Shown here piece after piece: positions 39,681 to 53,288 of a DNA stretch of 64,000 bases; position 1 is the first letter of the stretch; every line of letters begins with the position of its first letter. Where the stretch lies: positions 115,816,001 through 115,880,000 of the forward strand of contig NC_042998.1 in NCBI RefSeq assembly GCF_006345805.1, given 5' to 3'. The notes beneath the pieces are model-generated. The model saw only the letters and a list, made by a program, of their open reading frames with translations. It searched no databases and had not been told where the DNA came from. This DNA is from Octopus sinensis. Its lineage: Eukaryota. Both the position numbers and the translations under genes were made by a program.

Positions 39681-42109
39681 GTATATATATATGTACGGTA
39701 GCTGCACTCGTGTGTACATAAATCAATATATGAATGTTTATCTGTATCTGACTATATGTGTGCGTATGTGTATGTGGGTGTGTATGTATATGTTTATATA
39801 TATACACTCACACGTGTGTATGTGTGTTATTAATGCAGTAAACAAGCGGAAGATGTCATCTCAATGCTTTAACAGTGTCAGGGAAACAAAACTCTAACTC
39901 AAAATTAGCGCTACAGCTAATGGATCTCAAGGGACATAATTGAAATATAATTTGTAGTTACTTCCCTTCACGATTTTCGATTCTGACGTAATTTTTTTCG
40001 ATTCAATTCAGTTCTTATATGTATAAATATATATATACATACACACACGTGTGTGTGTGTGTGTGTGTGTGTGTGAGTGTGTGTGTGTGTGTGTGTGTAT
40101 AAAATATAACGTTATATAATACAATTATAAAATTATATACACTAGCGAAAATAAATTTAAGACCGATGACTTATTTACGAGGTGATTTCTTAACTTCATT
40201 GGAGTATAAATACCTATAATGGTAATACTTAGAATTAAAAAAAATGAATTCAGTTCAATTAAAAAGCATGGGTGAAGTAACGCATTGTAAGCCACGCAAT
40301 AATTTGCGAAAAAATTTATCTGCCTTTTATTTCACTCCTTTTAAAATAATATCACAACCAATTACTTTCAGATTTGAAATTCTGTCGAGGTCGCCTTTTC
40401 CTTTATTCCTCCGGTAACTCTGCCGAATATGATATCGATTCACCTTTTAAATCCAGTCAGCGGGAAAGGTCAATTCCTCTTACTCTTTTCGAGATCAATG
40501 ATACTCCCAAGATGCTACACAGTGCGACTGAACTTGAAACTATGACTTTGTACCATTGCAAGAAAACGTTCTAGTTTTAAAACATTACTACACTACGGAC
40601 AAGAGAAGATAGTATTCCAGTAAGTCGATCTGAATTCCAAAAACATTGTGGTTCGAGATTGAACTAATTTCTGGTAGTTGTTTACCTCCAGGTCAATCGT
40701 GATTAAATTATCTGCAGGAAAAACCGAATTTCAGTGGTAGCCGCCCTGTTCGTTTTCCTTTAGACAGCGTATCTACGACTAAAATACCTAATACGTCCTT
40801 TCATTTTTTAAGTGAGAAGTGACTTAAGGAAGACTTGGCATTTATTTCTTGCAGGAAATATATTTAAATAGTTAAATTGTTGTTCATGTGTTACGCTTCA
40901 ACCACAAATTTCTTTGATCTACGATTTTCACCTAAACATGTATCTAATACAAACATTTATCACATAGCCAGTGTGAAAGATGGAATATTTTATCATGCTT
41001 ATGATAGGCATAAGAATAAAAGCCTTAAGACGAGAGTGAAGAAGAAATCAACCTCAGACGAAACATGCTGCTCGATTAGCCAGAATAGAGAAAATGTTGG
41101 TTTCAAATAATGATTTCATGAACACAAAGAGACATAGAAACAGATCTGCGAGCTTTGAAGTAGACCAACAAGAGCTGTCAACTTTCTGGTAACATCAATA
41201 TTACTTCGGCACAGGATGAAGTGTGATACTACTGGAAGTTGTCAAAGTCGTCGTGATCTTCGATTGATAGCTAGTAAAGTGGGTATCCTGAAATTCGAGC
41301 TATATAGAACATATAAGAGAGAATTGGAGAGGAAAATAGAGCACGTGAATGAATAGGAAAGAGACGAGCGAATATGTAAGTGTATATACATATATGTATT
41401 ATATGATGAAATTGTGTAATACTTCAAGTAAATTCTTCCCAAGACAAACCATAAACATTAATTTGCAAATCTTAGATATGTAGGAACCAAAATTGATCGA
41501 TTTTATATGTATCGAGATATATCTATGGATATATTTTCCTGGACAATAATCAATCAGATAAATTGATTGATAGACCGTGTAATCATAACTCGAACACCTT
41601 TCCAATTCCAAAATATTTCTTCTCGGAAATGTCATGCGTTCAATGGGACGGAATAGATAAGACTATCAAGAAACTCTAAACATTGAGAATAGCTTAGCCA
41701 TTCCAATAAACATTATACACTTCTTATTTTGATTGTCGGTCATAGGCAGAAAACAGGCAGAGTGGTTTGATTAATACCTGAAATTTTCGATATACTTTCT
41801 TGAAGCTCGCCAAACCATTGCCAGAATTTATTATTTTATTTCTCCATCATTAAGCTATTTTTTAAACTAATACATAACCATATAAATCGAAAATTCTTCT
41901 GCAATATCTCTTAAGCACTGGGTGCTCTTTATCTATTTCTAGATGCAAACGTATGTATGTATGTATGTATGTATGTATGTATGTATGTATGTATGTATGT
42001 ATGTATGTATGCATGTATATATGTATGTATGTATGTATGTATGCATGTATGTATGTATGTATGCATGTATGCATGCATGTATGTATGTATGTATGTATGT
42101 ATGTATGTA

Positions 42110-43731
42110 CAGTTGTATGTATGTACAGCCAAAATGTTCAGAACGGCATTATTTTCGTCAGAAAAGTAGGTATAAGTTTTTATCAAAGTTGTTTTATATT
42201 CTATAATTTTCACAGACAATAAATACGATATTATTTGTTATAGTCTGAGATTTTGGTGTAATTTGAGGAGATGATAAAAAAGTTATGGATGATTTAGTGA
42301 TTTACTGCAAAACCCAGAACGATTGCTTTTACTCCATGTTTTAGTATATTTAACCGTCGAACTCTAATGTTTTGAATTTGTTTACGTGACAGTTCGTTTA
42401 CTAAACATCAGTAAGAATATCTGCAGTGTACTTTGTTAATATAATGCCACTTACTCCGTTACCAATTCGCCAGCAGATTATTAAGCTTCGAAAGAAGGAT
42501 AATTTAAGTATTAGGTCTATTGCAAAGATTGTTATGTGGTCAAAAAGTGCTGTTTACGGTATTCGTAAGGTCTACGATGATTGTGGTTCGTGTGAAGCAA
42601 GAAAGTCTACAGGTAGGCCAAGAAAAACGACCAAGAGTGAAGATTGTGCTATGGTAAAGTTGGTTAAAAAGGACATATTTAAAACTGCTGCTGCTGTTTT
42701 TCGGGAAATGAGCATTGTACTGAAGAAAACTTTATCTCGAAAAACTGTCTCTCGTCGTTTAGTTGAACATGACCTACAAGCAAGAGCACCTGCAGTGAAG
42801 CCACTGATCAGCTCCAAGAATAAAAAGTGTCGTCTGACCGTTGCAACCGAACATGTGTCGTGGTCTCAAGAAAAATGGCAAACGGTGCATTTCAGTGATG
42901 AATCTAAGTCTATGTTATTTGGCTCAGATGGGAAAAGGTACGTTCGTCGAAAAGCAGGTGAAAAATTGTCACCTAAATGCCTTAAGACTAGTGTTAAATT
43001 CGGTGGAGGAAGTGTCATGGTTTGGGGGATGATATCTGAAGATGTTGTGGGTCCTTTGGTGCGATTACATGGAAAGGTAACTGCAGGAGTTTATAAACAA
43101 CTTGTAAAAGATCATGTCTTGCCTGTGCTGAGAAATTCAACTAAGCGACCACCCATATTCATGCAAGACAATGCCCCATGTCACAAGGCTAAGGTGGTCA
43201 TGAACTTCCTCAAGGCTGAAAAGGTTATTGTTATGGATTTGCCTGCTCAAAGCCCAGACCTCAATCCTATTGAAAATGTGTGGAATATTCTAGGAGAACG
43301 TTTGAAAGCCAGAAATCCTAAAACAACTGAGCAATTATGGAATGTCCTTCAGGAAGAATGGAATAAGATCACCCAGCAAGAAATTGAACATTTAATTTCC
43401 CCATGCAGTCGAAGATGTCAAAGTGTGATTGAAGCTAAAGGGCTTCAAACTAAATATGAAATAATTCCAGCATTCTCTGTCACTTTTTGATTATTTTGTT
43501 ATTTTTTCAACTGTTCTGATCATTTTCGCCACCATGGGTTTTTCAGTAAATCACTATATCATCTATAACGTTTGTATTATCCACCCAAATTACACTAAAA
43601 CCTCAGACAATACCAATTAATATTGTATTTATTGTCTGTGAAAATTATAGAATATAAAACAACTTCGATAAAAACTTATACCTACTTTTCTGACAAAAAC
43701 AATGCCGTTCTGAACATTTTGGCCGAAACTA
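42110..43731 (+). mobile_element. Full-length Tc1 transposon with ~200-bp IR/DR-type terminal inverted repeats, inserted at TA in a (TATG)n tract
   Basis: GCCAAAATGTTCAGAACGGCATT...(to ~42320) is the inverted counterpart of 43511-43731. TA flanks both ends. The right inner DR (43511-43530) matches the outer DR (43705-43724) at 17/20. Confidence 0.95.
42444..43490 (+). CDS. Tc1-family transposase, DD34E, 348 aa, uninterrupted
   Basis: Paired-like HTH N-terminus with GRPRKT, then FSDESK, KFGGGSVMVWG and MQDNAPCH-x-SPDLNPIENVW. I count exactly 34 residues between D and E. Confidence 0.95.
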   Translation: MPLTPLPIRQQIIKLRKKDNLSIRSIAKIVMWSKSAVYGIRKVYDDCGSCEARKSTGRPRKTTKSEDCAMVKLVKKDIFKTAAAVFREMSIVLKKTLSRKTVSRRLVEHDLQARAPAVKPLISSKNKKCRLTVATEHVSWSQEKWQTVHFSDESKSMLFGSDGKRYVRRKAGEKLSPKCLKTSVKFGGGSVMVWGMISEDVVGPLVRLHGKVTAGVYKQLVKDHVLPVLRNSTKRPPIFMQDNAPCHKAKVVMNFLKAEKVIVMDLPAQSPDLNPIENVWNILGERLKARNPKTTEQLWNVLQEEWNKITQQEIEHLISPCSRRCQSVIEAKGLQTKYEIIPAFSVTF

Positions 43732-44145
43732 TATGTATATACATATGTAAATGTGTGTGTGTGTGTGGCCACTAAGGGTATTTCTCTTAACTCATTTTAG
43801 TTTAAATTTTGCGTCGACCAGTTTCGAGGATAACAAATTATTCGCTCACTCATTATTTCTGGCCAAGAATTTAATTTTTACTAAATTAAAATTAATTAGA
43901 AATAGAATGTAATGGGATTGAGTCATGTCTGAGACCGTACAGTGACAACTTCTATTAATATATGGGTATATGGGTATGCGTGTCCTCAATACACATTGAC
44001 AAGCTGCAACTACTGCGAAATGTGCATCTGTCGCTCACACGGCCATTTTCAGGGTAATTTTTTTTCCCTAGCTCTTATGCATATTGTCTATTGTCCTCTT
44101 TAGCACAATACTTTTACAGATGAACTTTTTAGCGTTAATTATGTT

Positions 44146-44215
<70 letters not shown>

Positions 44216-45185
44216 GTCACACGCACGCGCATACATATTCATTCATAAATAAAAGTATAATGTGTATTTCCTCCATACGCTTACTTATACGCACACGATA
44301 AAATACTTTATGTATTATTTGTCTCTTGCCTTTTCACTTTTTACTATGGTATATTGACGCAGATAAAGAACATTTTACTTTTCTACTGTGAGGACTCGTC
44401 TTATGATATCGGATCGTCTGAATTCTCTCTTCACATTTTGTGCCTTACACTATAATTATTGGCTCTCTTTAAGAATAACGACTCTTGGAGGAATAATGTT
44501 ATACTCAACTAAATGATTCAATGTATACCCTCTGTTCTTCACAATTTCTTCCTGCCGAGATCAAATTTGCTTTTCATTCTTTTGGAGACAATAAAGTACT
44601 GAAGGCTGATGTACTCCAGTAAACCCTTCTCTCAAAATCGCTGACCTTATAGCTAAATAGATAACATTTATTGGCTCCATATCTCGGCAACAGATTTTTT
44701 ATGATTCGTTTAAATATGTTAAATATATTTGTGTTGTTTATGATACCGTATCTGATCAATGATTATTTGTATAAGCTAAGTTGCCTGCATATGATATCTA
44801 TCTTTCTCGTTTTGTACCCCTTCAGCGCATGCATAGAGCTATCTCTGACCAATACTCTATTAGTTTTGAGTTAATTCATTGTCTAGTTATGAATTTCACA
44901 CGAAACCCACTGTAGATTAAAAACACATTAGAGCATGGTATGTTGTAATAAACATTTCCAATTTTTACATAAGGCAAACAATTTTTAGGGGCACGGAAGT
45001 CAATACGACGAACCCCAGTACTCCACTGGTATTCATTATATCGATGAAAGGATAAAAAGCTAAGTCGGCCTCCTCGACGGAATTTGATCGCAGAACACAA
45101 AGAGCCGGAAGAAATACCTGTAAGCATTATGCTTGCCAGCAGTATATACCACTGATCATCTCTGCTATAATATTTGGAGACAGAA

Positions 45186-45395
45186 AAGTGGCAACCTGGC
45201 AGAAACGTTAGCACGGCGGGCGAAATGCTTAGCAGTATCTCGTCGTCTTTACTTTCTGAGTTCAAATTTCGCCGAGGTCGACTTTACCTTTATTTCTTTC
45301 GGGGTCACTAAATTAATTACCAGTTGCGTACTGGGGTCAATCTAATCAATTGGCGCCCTTCCCCAAATTTCGAGCCTTGTGCCTAGAGTAGAAAA
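45186..45395 (+). mobile_element. SINE family B, full copy with CCTAGAGTAGAAAA tail
   Basis: CTGGCAGAAACGTTAGCACG..GGGCGAAATGCTTAGC...GAGGTCGACTTT...CGGGGTC...ACCAGTTGCGTACTGGGGTC. Confidence 0.88.
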
Positions 45396-45404
45396 ATACC
45401 CGGA

Positions 45405-46010
45405 GAGAAAGGCAGTCGATTACATCAACCCTAGTACTATACTGGTACTTGTTTTCTCGTAATGGAAGAGACGAAAGACGAAGTTAATCTCGGCAACATT
45501 TGAATTCAGAACGTAAAGCCGGAAAAAATAACTATTTCTTTACTACCCACAAGGGGTTAAACACAGAGAGGACAAACAAGGACAGACAAACGGATTAAGT
45601 CTATTACATTGAGCCCAGTGCGTAACTGGTACTTAATGTATCGACCCCGAAAGGATGAAAGGCAAAGTCGACCTCGACGGAATTTGAACACAGAACGCAG
45701 CGACGGACGAAATACCTATTTCTTTATTACCCACAAGGGGCTAAACACAGAGGGGACAAACAAGGACAGACATAGGTATTAAGTCGATTACATCGACCCC
45801 AGTGCGTAACTGGTACTTGATTTATCGACCCCGAAAGGATGAAAGGCAAAGTCGACCTCAGCGGAATTCGAACTCACAACGTAACGCAGACGAAATACCG
45901 CAAATCATTTCGCCCGGCGTGCTAACGTTTCTGCCAGCTCACCGCCTTTTAAAATATCGCTAAGCATTTTGTCCGGAATGGTAACGATTCTGCTAGCTCA
46001 CCACCTTAAT
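45405..46010 (-). mobile_element. Tandem array of SINE family B units
   Basis: On the minus strand, one headed unit is followed by headless units joined at GAAATA|GGTATTTC-type junctions. Confidence 0.85.
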
Positions 46011-47295
46011 ACGTACTACAACTAATAAAAGAAATGCAGAGTGATATCATCCCCATGCAGTTGATATCTCTCTTCATGTGTTCTTACATAGTCCTCATTT
46101 CCACCAGACCTTCATGTATACGACCGTAAACCTGCCTCATTCAACGATACTAATATTCTCAAAGTCCCCAGAAATTTATATATTGCGGCCATACATATAT
46201 ATCCTTGTTGAAACAGTATTAAAATTAAATAAAACTCGCTGTGCCCAAGGAATATTTGATCCCTGATCAGCCGGTGATATATTTTGAAGCTCAAGTAAGT
46301 CATAGTATGTAAGTGTGGTAAATAATTTTTCACTTCCTCATCTTGCACTGCATGCATTCCATTCTAAACACATCCTTTACAACATCACTCCGATACTTTC
46401 TTTTCATTTCCCTGCAAGTATGGACTGAACGTCTAAATCAACTCTTACTCAGCCTGCACAATTCGTGGACACTATTTCTGCTCCGCTGAATATCTTAGAA
46501 ATAATGTATCTACATATAGAAAACTGCTGCACCATTGTGACCTTTCTAACATATTATTTTACTAAGTTTATGTTTTAGAGTTTACATCAAAATTTTAATA
46601 AGGTTTACGATATCACGCAACACTGCTCATTTATATTTTGCTTTTAATTATTTTGTTCCTTATACTATATATGTCTTAATGATACTATTTTTGTTATAAA
46701 TATTAAAACACTATTTATAGAATTGTTGGATTGTTGACTTCCATGATTTTCTTTATGAAGAAGCCATTGTGTTGAAACTTTACTGTTCGCTTGCTTTATA
46801 TACTTATATTTATAATCAAATTGGATAGAAACGTTAGGATTTAAAACTTCTATACGTTCGTTTTATGCCTGACTAGATATGAAGAATTCAGCCTCCTGCT
46901 GATGTATCCTCGATTCTTATGGTTTAACTGTTGTAGATGTTTGTCCTCGATAAAAGCTCAGATTATCCTTCTAATGTTATTCTTTCCTGGCAGCAGTGCA
47001 GATAAGATACACCAGTGCAACACAAACCTATTGAAAATTGCCAAACATATTTGGATGGCTTATAATAACATAATGGAATCATTTTGTATTAACATTTAAA
47101 AAACAAATATATTCATTTCTATATTCTTAGTGGTAGTGGTGGCGGTGGCACAGAATAACAAAATTTTAAATCGCACCGATTTTGTCTTCAAGCCAAAGTT
47201 GCAAAACTGGATCCTGTAACTGTTCACACATGTTAGAAATTGAAGTAAACAACCTCCATCATATTATAGAATGAAAGGATGAATAATATAGTTGT

Positions 47296-47792
<497 letters not shown>

Positions 47793-48501
47793 ATACATAC
47801 ATACATACATAGACACACATACATACATACATACATACATACATACATACATACATACACACATACATACATACATACATACATACATACATACATACAT
47901 CGATTGCTGAAAATATAAAAGAAGGACGAAACAATCACCACAGGAATAGCTTAACTCATAGGACTGCTTGAGCAAAGCTGTACTGAACAACATGAACTCA
48001 ATAAGAAGAACAAATGCAATAACAGCAACAAAAGTAATATATTATCTTGTGTTAGACATGGACATCTCAGTATTTATCCCGCCTTCCATTTTCCGTGTAC
48101 TCACTTGTTTTAATTCAGTTCCATATTATGACAGAATACACTTAGCCCTGGTGTAGGATAAACCTGAAATCTTAACCACAGGGCCATGCCTGCGTTTGGC
48201 AAGCCTATACTATATTACATAACGGCAACTGGTTGTACAGCATGCAACCATATAACGACACATGGTTGCATGACATCCTAAAAGCAGGAGCCAAATCTCT
48301 CTCATAATCTAAAACGCCTTATTTTAGAAAACAGATCATTAAAAAATACAGCTCCTAGCTCGCTGCTACTTTGAAAATGAAGGCATTGATACCACTGGAT
48401 TTCCCTTTGGGTATAGTTATACTAAATAAATCTTGGCTTTAGGCCAAACCACTAATAACCAAATAGTTTTGGCAGTGGATAAAGGAATCAGTATTATTTC
48501 T

Positions 48502-48700
48502 AAGGCGGTGAGCTGGCAGAAGTGTTAGTACGTCGGTCTGAACGCTTGGCGGTATTTCGTCAGAGTTCAAATTCAGCCGAGGTCGACTTTACTTTCATCT
48601 TTTCGAGGTCGATAAAATAAGTACCATTAAACACTGGGATCGATGTAATTGATTGAATCCCTCCTCTCCGAAACTGCTGGCATTGTGCCAAATTTGAAAT
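48502..48700 (+). mobile_element. SINE family B copy
   Basis: AAGGCGGTGAGCTGGCAGAA...GAGGTCGACTTT...AAGTACC...TTGTGCCAAATTTG. Confidence 0.85.
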
Positions 48701-49231
48701 CGATATTTGTACTATTTATTCATATTCAGCTGTCAGGTAATTCTCCCGCATACATATAATGCCAGACGCTTAATTAAACTTCTATGAATGGTTTAACCCA
48801 ACAAACCAAGAAGTTAGTGTAATATTAATAATGAAATATTACAATTAGATGAAGCGTTGATGCATTAACTAACATCTAATTGCAGAATGAAAATATTGGA
48901 ATCATTCCAAGAATTATAATATATATCATCATTCTGCATTACATTAGATTGCATAAATACACTGCACTAAACCATTCTGTATTGAATCACACTAGATTAC
49001 ACTATACAACGCTAGACTGCACGATACAATATTTCATTAACCCTTACAATATTATACTACACAATACAATGTTGCATAACACTTCACTGTATGTTACACC
49101 GCACTGGACCATCCTATATAACACAGTACAACACAATACCGTGCCATATAGCCCTACCCAATTCAAGGCAATAACACTACCCTATGCCATAATACATAAT
49201 CCTACACCGTTCTACAGAACATTCTCCTATA

Positions 49232-49484
49232 CGAAGTGTATTCAGAAAGTATCTGACTTTTTTCCGACCAAAACTAATGCCGTGGATAAATTCCTTTGAG
49301 TGGGAGATGACGTCACCTTCCCTTACTCTAGGCGTAACAACCGGGAACTGATTTAGCCAATTGGCGCGAACATTTTCTCACATGTACAGAAAGGATAGTG
49401 TCACCCCCAATGCAAAAGATTTTGTCCACGTGGCACTAGTTTTGGAGGGAAAAAATAAAGTCAGATAATTTTGAACGCACTTCG
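49232..49484. mobile_element. Mariner-type MITE, 253 bp
   Basis: TA|CGAAGTGTATTCAGAAAGTATCTGACTTT ... AAAGTCAGATAATTTTGAACGCACTTCG|TA. The imperfect IR extends ~65 bp (CCAAAACTA.TGCC..GTGGA), with TA on both sides. Confidence 0.85.
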
Positions 49485-49764
49485 TATTACATGATACTGC
49501 TACATATTATACATATAAAAATAAACTAAACATCTTGGTCGCTCACGCTACTGGAAATAAGTCAAAACCTCCTCAAATTACAACTTCTTGAAAGAGGATG
49601 AAGACATATATTCTAGACAATATATACTTTGATACATTATATATGAAGAAAACAAAAAAAAAGGTTGTACCTTTGATCACAGGTATGATCAATCATGGTC
49701 AATCACAGTTAACTAGCGATTAAACAGTAACAAGGTGATATTAATATAAAGATTAAGGAAGCGA

Positions 49765-50280
49765 GTTTGTAGAATCGTTAGCACGCTGTTCAAAATGCTT
49801 AGCGGCATTTCGTTCGTCTTTACTTTCTAACGCAGTGAGGTAGCAGAATTGTTAGCACGTCGAGCAAAATGCTTAGCAACATTTCGCCCGTTTTGACAGT
49901 CTGAGATCAAATTCCGACGAAGTTGACATTGCCTTTTATTCTTTCAGGGTTGATAAAATAAGTACCAATTAAACAGTGGGGTCCTTGTAATAGATTTATC
50001 CCCTACCCCCCAAATTGCTTACTCGATGCCAAAATTTGAAATCAGTCTAAAGTATAAGTCAGTGAGCTGGTAGAATCGTTAGCACTCCGGGCAAAATGCT
50101 TAACGGTATTTTGCTCGTCTTTTACATTCTGAGTTCAAATTCTGCCCTGATCGACTTTGCTTTTCATCGTTTCGAGGTCGTTAAAATAAGTACCAGTTGA
50201 ACACTGGAGTCGATGTAATTGACTTATCCTCTCTCCTGAAGTTTCTGGCTTTGTGCAAATGTTTGAAATCGATATTACCC
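49765..50280 (+). mobile_element. Cluster of SINE family B copies
   Basis: Repeated GTAGAATCGTTAGCAC...AAATGCTTAGC heads and two bodies. Confidence 0.8.
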
Positions 50281-50637
50281 TAAAGTATATTATTACGCTA
50301 CATAAACTAAAATACGCCTAAACATAAACAGTGCAACACAACATTATATAACTCTATACTATATTGAAGAAAACGATGCACTCTATATACATTTGTAAAT
50401 GATGTAATGATATTATGTTTGACATTATGCAAGAGATCGGGTTTCGATTCTTCGCCGAGTGGTTAGTTGTAGTTTGGACGTAGTGTGATATGGTTAAGAT
50501 GTTCACGTTAGAATCACAATTAGGTTTCAGAGCTACATTCTGCTACCTGATACTTTGTATTCCTCCACAGCATAAGATCAACTCAAGCCCTATGAGTGAA
50601 AGAAGCTTTGAGGAAAATTATGAAAATGGCCATTATA

Positions 50638-51670
50638 TCTTTATATATATGAAACTGAGAATGTGTGTGTGTCTGCTTGTCTGTCTGTGTGTTTCCCTAA
50701 AACTTGAGAACTACACAACCAATTTCATTCAAATTTTACACATGCCTTACTTAGGGTCCATGTACTTTTATGGGCAAAAAAATGTTCAACTTCTTGCCTA
50801 GAGCGAACCCATAGCAATATCATATCTTCTCCACAATTTCAGTATTACGTGTTAAAAGTGAAACAAAAACATTTCTCTATTTAATGTCAGATACTTTCAC
50901 TTTAACAATAAAACTAATAATAACAATTGAATTATATGTAGTAAGTAATAATTAAAATCAAACTAAAGTATAATATAATCGTAACATAAAAAAAATAAAA
51001 ATAGCAATTGGTATAAAATTGCATCAATGACTTGAACTTGAATAAGTGGTTTCACATGAATGGGAATAAATTAAAAATAAAATTAGCGTGCAGAAATGGA
51101 ATAGTCCAGATGGATAATAAAAAATTAAATTAAAGAAAAGACTATTGTCTATAAAGTATACAATGTAGAGAAAAAAGAAGATTTGAACACCTGGAGGAAA
51201 GCACCATCGAAAAGTGTCTTGGTGCGACTATGAAGGATATCTAACCAGAGGCGGTAAATTCGCCACAATAGAAGCAAGGTTCGAGTCAAGGGAGTACTCG
51301 ACTCGAACTTGCAAAGTGGAAATATTTTATTTTCACCTTTATATCTGGGACGTAGGACGTCCCGGAAAAAAATTAAAATGCGCTCCTCCCCCCCGCCAGA
51401 AGTAGAGGTAGGTTGGATTGTAGCCACACTTCTATACAAGAGGGAGGACAAGATACAATTGATCGAAATTACAAGAGACGGGCTAACAATTCCAGTCTGT
51501 TATATATTTTGAGTATTGTTATCACTAGCGATATCAAGATATAACTTTGTATTTTGTATTTTATGTGTAGATGTATATATATAGATGTACATGTAATACG
51601 TACATATATATATACACATATATACATGCACTAGCACTATGACCCGGCAACGACGGGTCTTTAATGCTAG
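50638..51670 (+). mobile_element. Non-autonomous Helitron with canonical termini
   Basis: A|TCTTTATATATATGAAACTGAGAATGTGTGTGTGTCTG at the 5' end. At the 3' end, hairpin GACCCG-GCAACGA-CGGGTC then CTAG|T, consistent with an A^T insertion without TSD. Confidence 0.75.
51126..51510 (+). pseudogene. LINE ORF1-like fragment inside the Helitron
   Basis: Across frameshifts EKTIVYKVYNVEKK.RFEHLEESTIEKCLG, GYLTRGGKFATIEARFESRE and PPPEVEVGWIVATLL; aligns motif by motif with 28870-29150. Confidence 0.55.
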
Positions 51671-51959
51671 TATTCCTATATAGAATACTTAAACCATCAT
51701 CCAGTTTGATACTATTAATAGGTATGCAGCTGCTTTCAGCAGAGGCCACGGTAAGGAAAACATTACGAGGCGTCTTTACTACGTCTCCTGGAAGCCATGA
51801 GTAGTGTTGAATTCTAAATTTCTCCTAGTATAAAATGATTGGCAGTTAAATACACATAAGCGCAATCATTTCTTTGACTTTGCTAAAAGACCTACAGCAT
51901 ACTGCACATTTCTCCCAATATATTTTACAATTGTGTGTGTATATATATATATATAATAT

Positions 51960-51997
<38 letters not shown>

Positions 51998-52239
51998 CAC
52001 TACTGTATAATACTGTACAAAACTACTCTCATACTTGGCGGCAATATGAGAGGAGGTAAATATAATCTCCCAGCTAAGTATTAATTCGGCAATTCTGTAA
52101 TACAAAACCTTTGTAATAAATTCATTCCATGTTCTTTTTATGTTCAGCGATGAATTTTTGCGTCATAAGTGAGAGAGTAAACGGCATGCTACATCAAAGC
52201 GAGGGGTAAATGACAGAGACATCACAGAATATTACAAAG

Positions 52240-52326
<87 letters not shown>

Positions 52327-52940
52327 CTATTTGAATACACTAATACACATTTATAAATGCACATACAAATAGTTACATAAGCATACTTAATTACTTAAAA
52401 ATCGACATATTTTTATAACTACACACGCGCGCACATCTACTTTAAGGTGAAATCGATAATGTTTGACTATTAATTTCGTACGTTTATCTGAATAACCCCA
52501 CCTTTTTACATAGCTTTTGTATAACAGTAATACACACCACTATACTGCATAATACTAGCCTATAGTAAATCATAAACTACATCTACAAAAAATAAAAATG
52601 CAAGAAAATAGTTCTGAATAAGAAATATGATACAAAACCTAATGTATAGTTTTATACTATACGAGGTAAACTATATGAATAGAATCTGCTATAATAAAAC
52701 ACAGCAGACTACCAAACAAGATATTGTACTAAAACACAATAAAACCTTAAAGCATGATAATATATTAGAATATATTATATTCTCCAAAATGATACCACAT
52801 GAAATTTTCTCCGCACAAAGTAAGGAAACGACTGTTTAATCACTAGTTTTTAGTAGCGTAGAAGATGGTTATCAAACTTAGGGTTCGACTATGTCTTTAG
52901 GAAGGTGCCATGCAAACGAAGGAATTGATATCGCACACCG

Positions 52941-52979
<39 letters not shown>

Positions 52980-52983
<4 letters not shown>

Positions 52984-53147
52984 GTCACTAAATGTGACTA
53001 GGGTGTTAGGAAATACCTACATTACTAGAAATTAGAGCTAAACCATTCTAATGCTGTAGATAACGCACATGAACGAAAACATACACTAGCAGAGACCATA
53101 ATCGTCCGGAAAATGCCGGTCGAGAATTCTTAATACTGACGTCGGTT
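52980..53147. repeat. Extra direct copy of the foldback arm
   Basis: ATTGTCACTAAATGTGACTAGGGTGTTA...CTTAATACTGACGTC matches ~53317-53482. Confidence 0.85.
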
Positions 53148-53288
53148 TTGGCAACTTCTGTTACCTCATCAATAAAGACCACCCCAGTCTCGCTTCAACA
53201 TTCATATTTATGTTTCCGTCATCCAAATTATTGGATGATTTAGCGACTTACTAATGTGTATATATAAAATTAATGTAAACAATAATTT

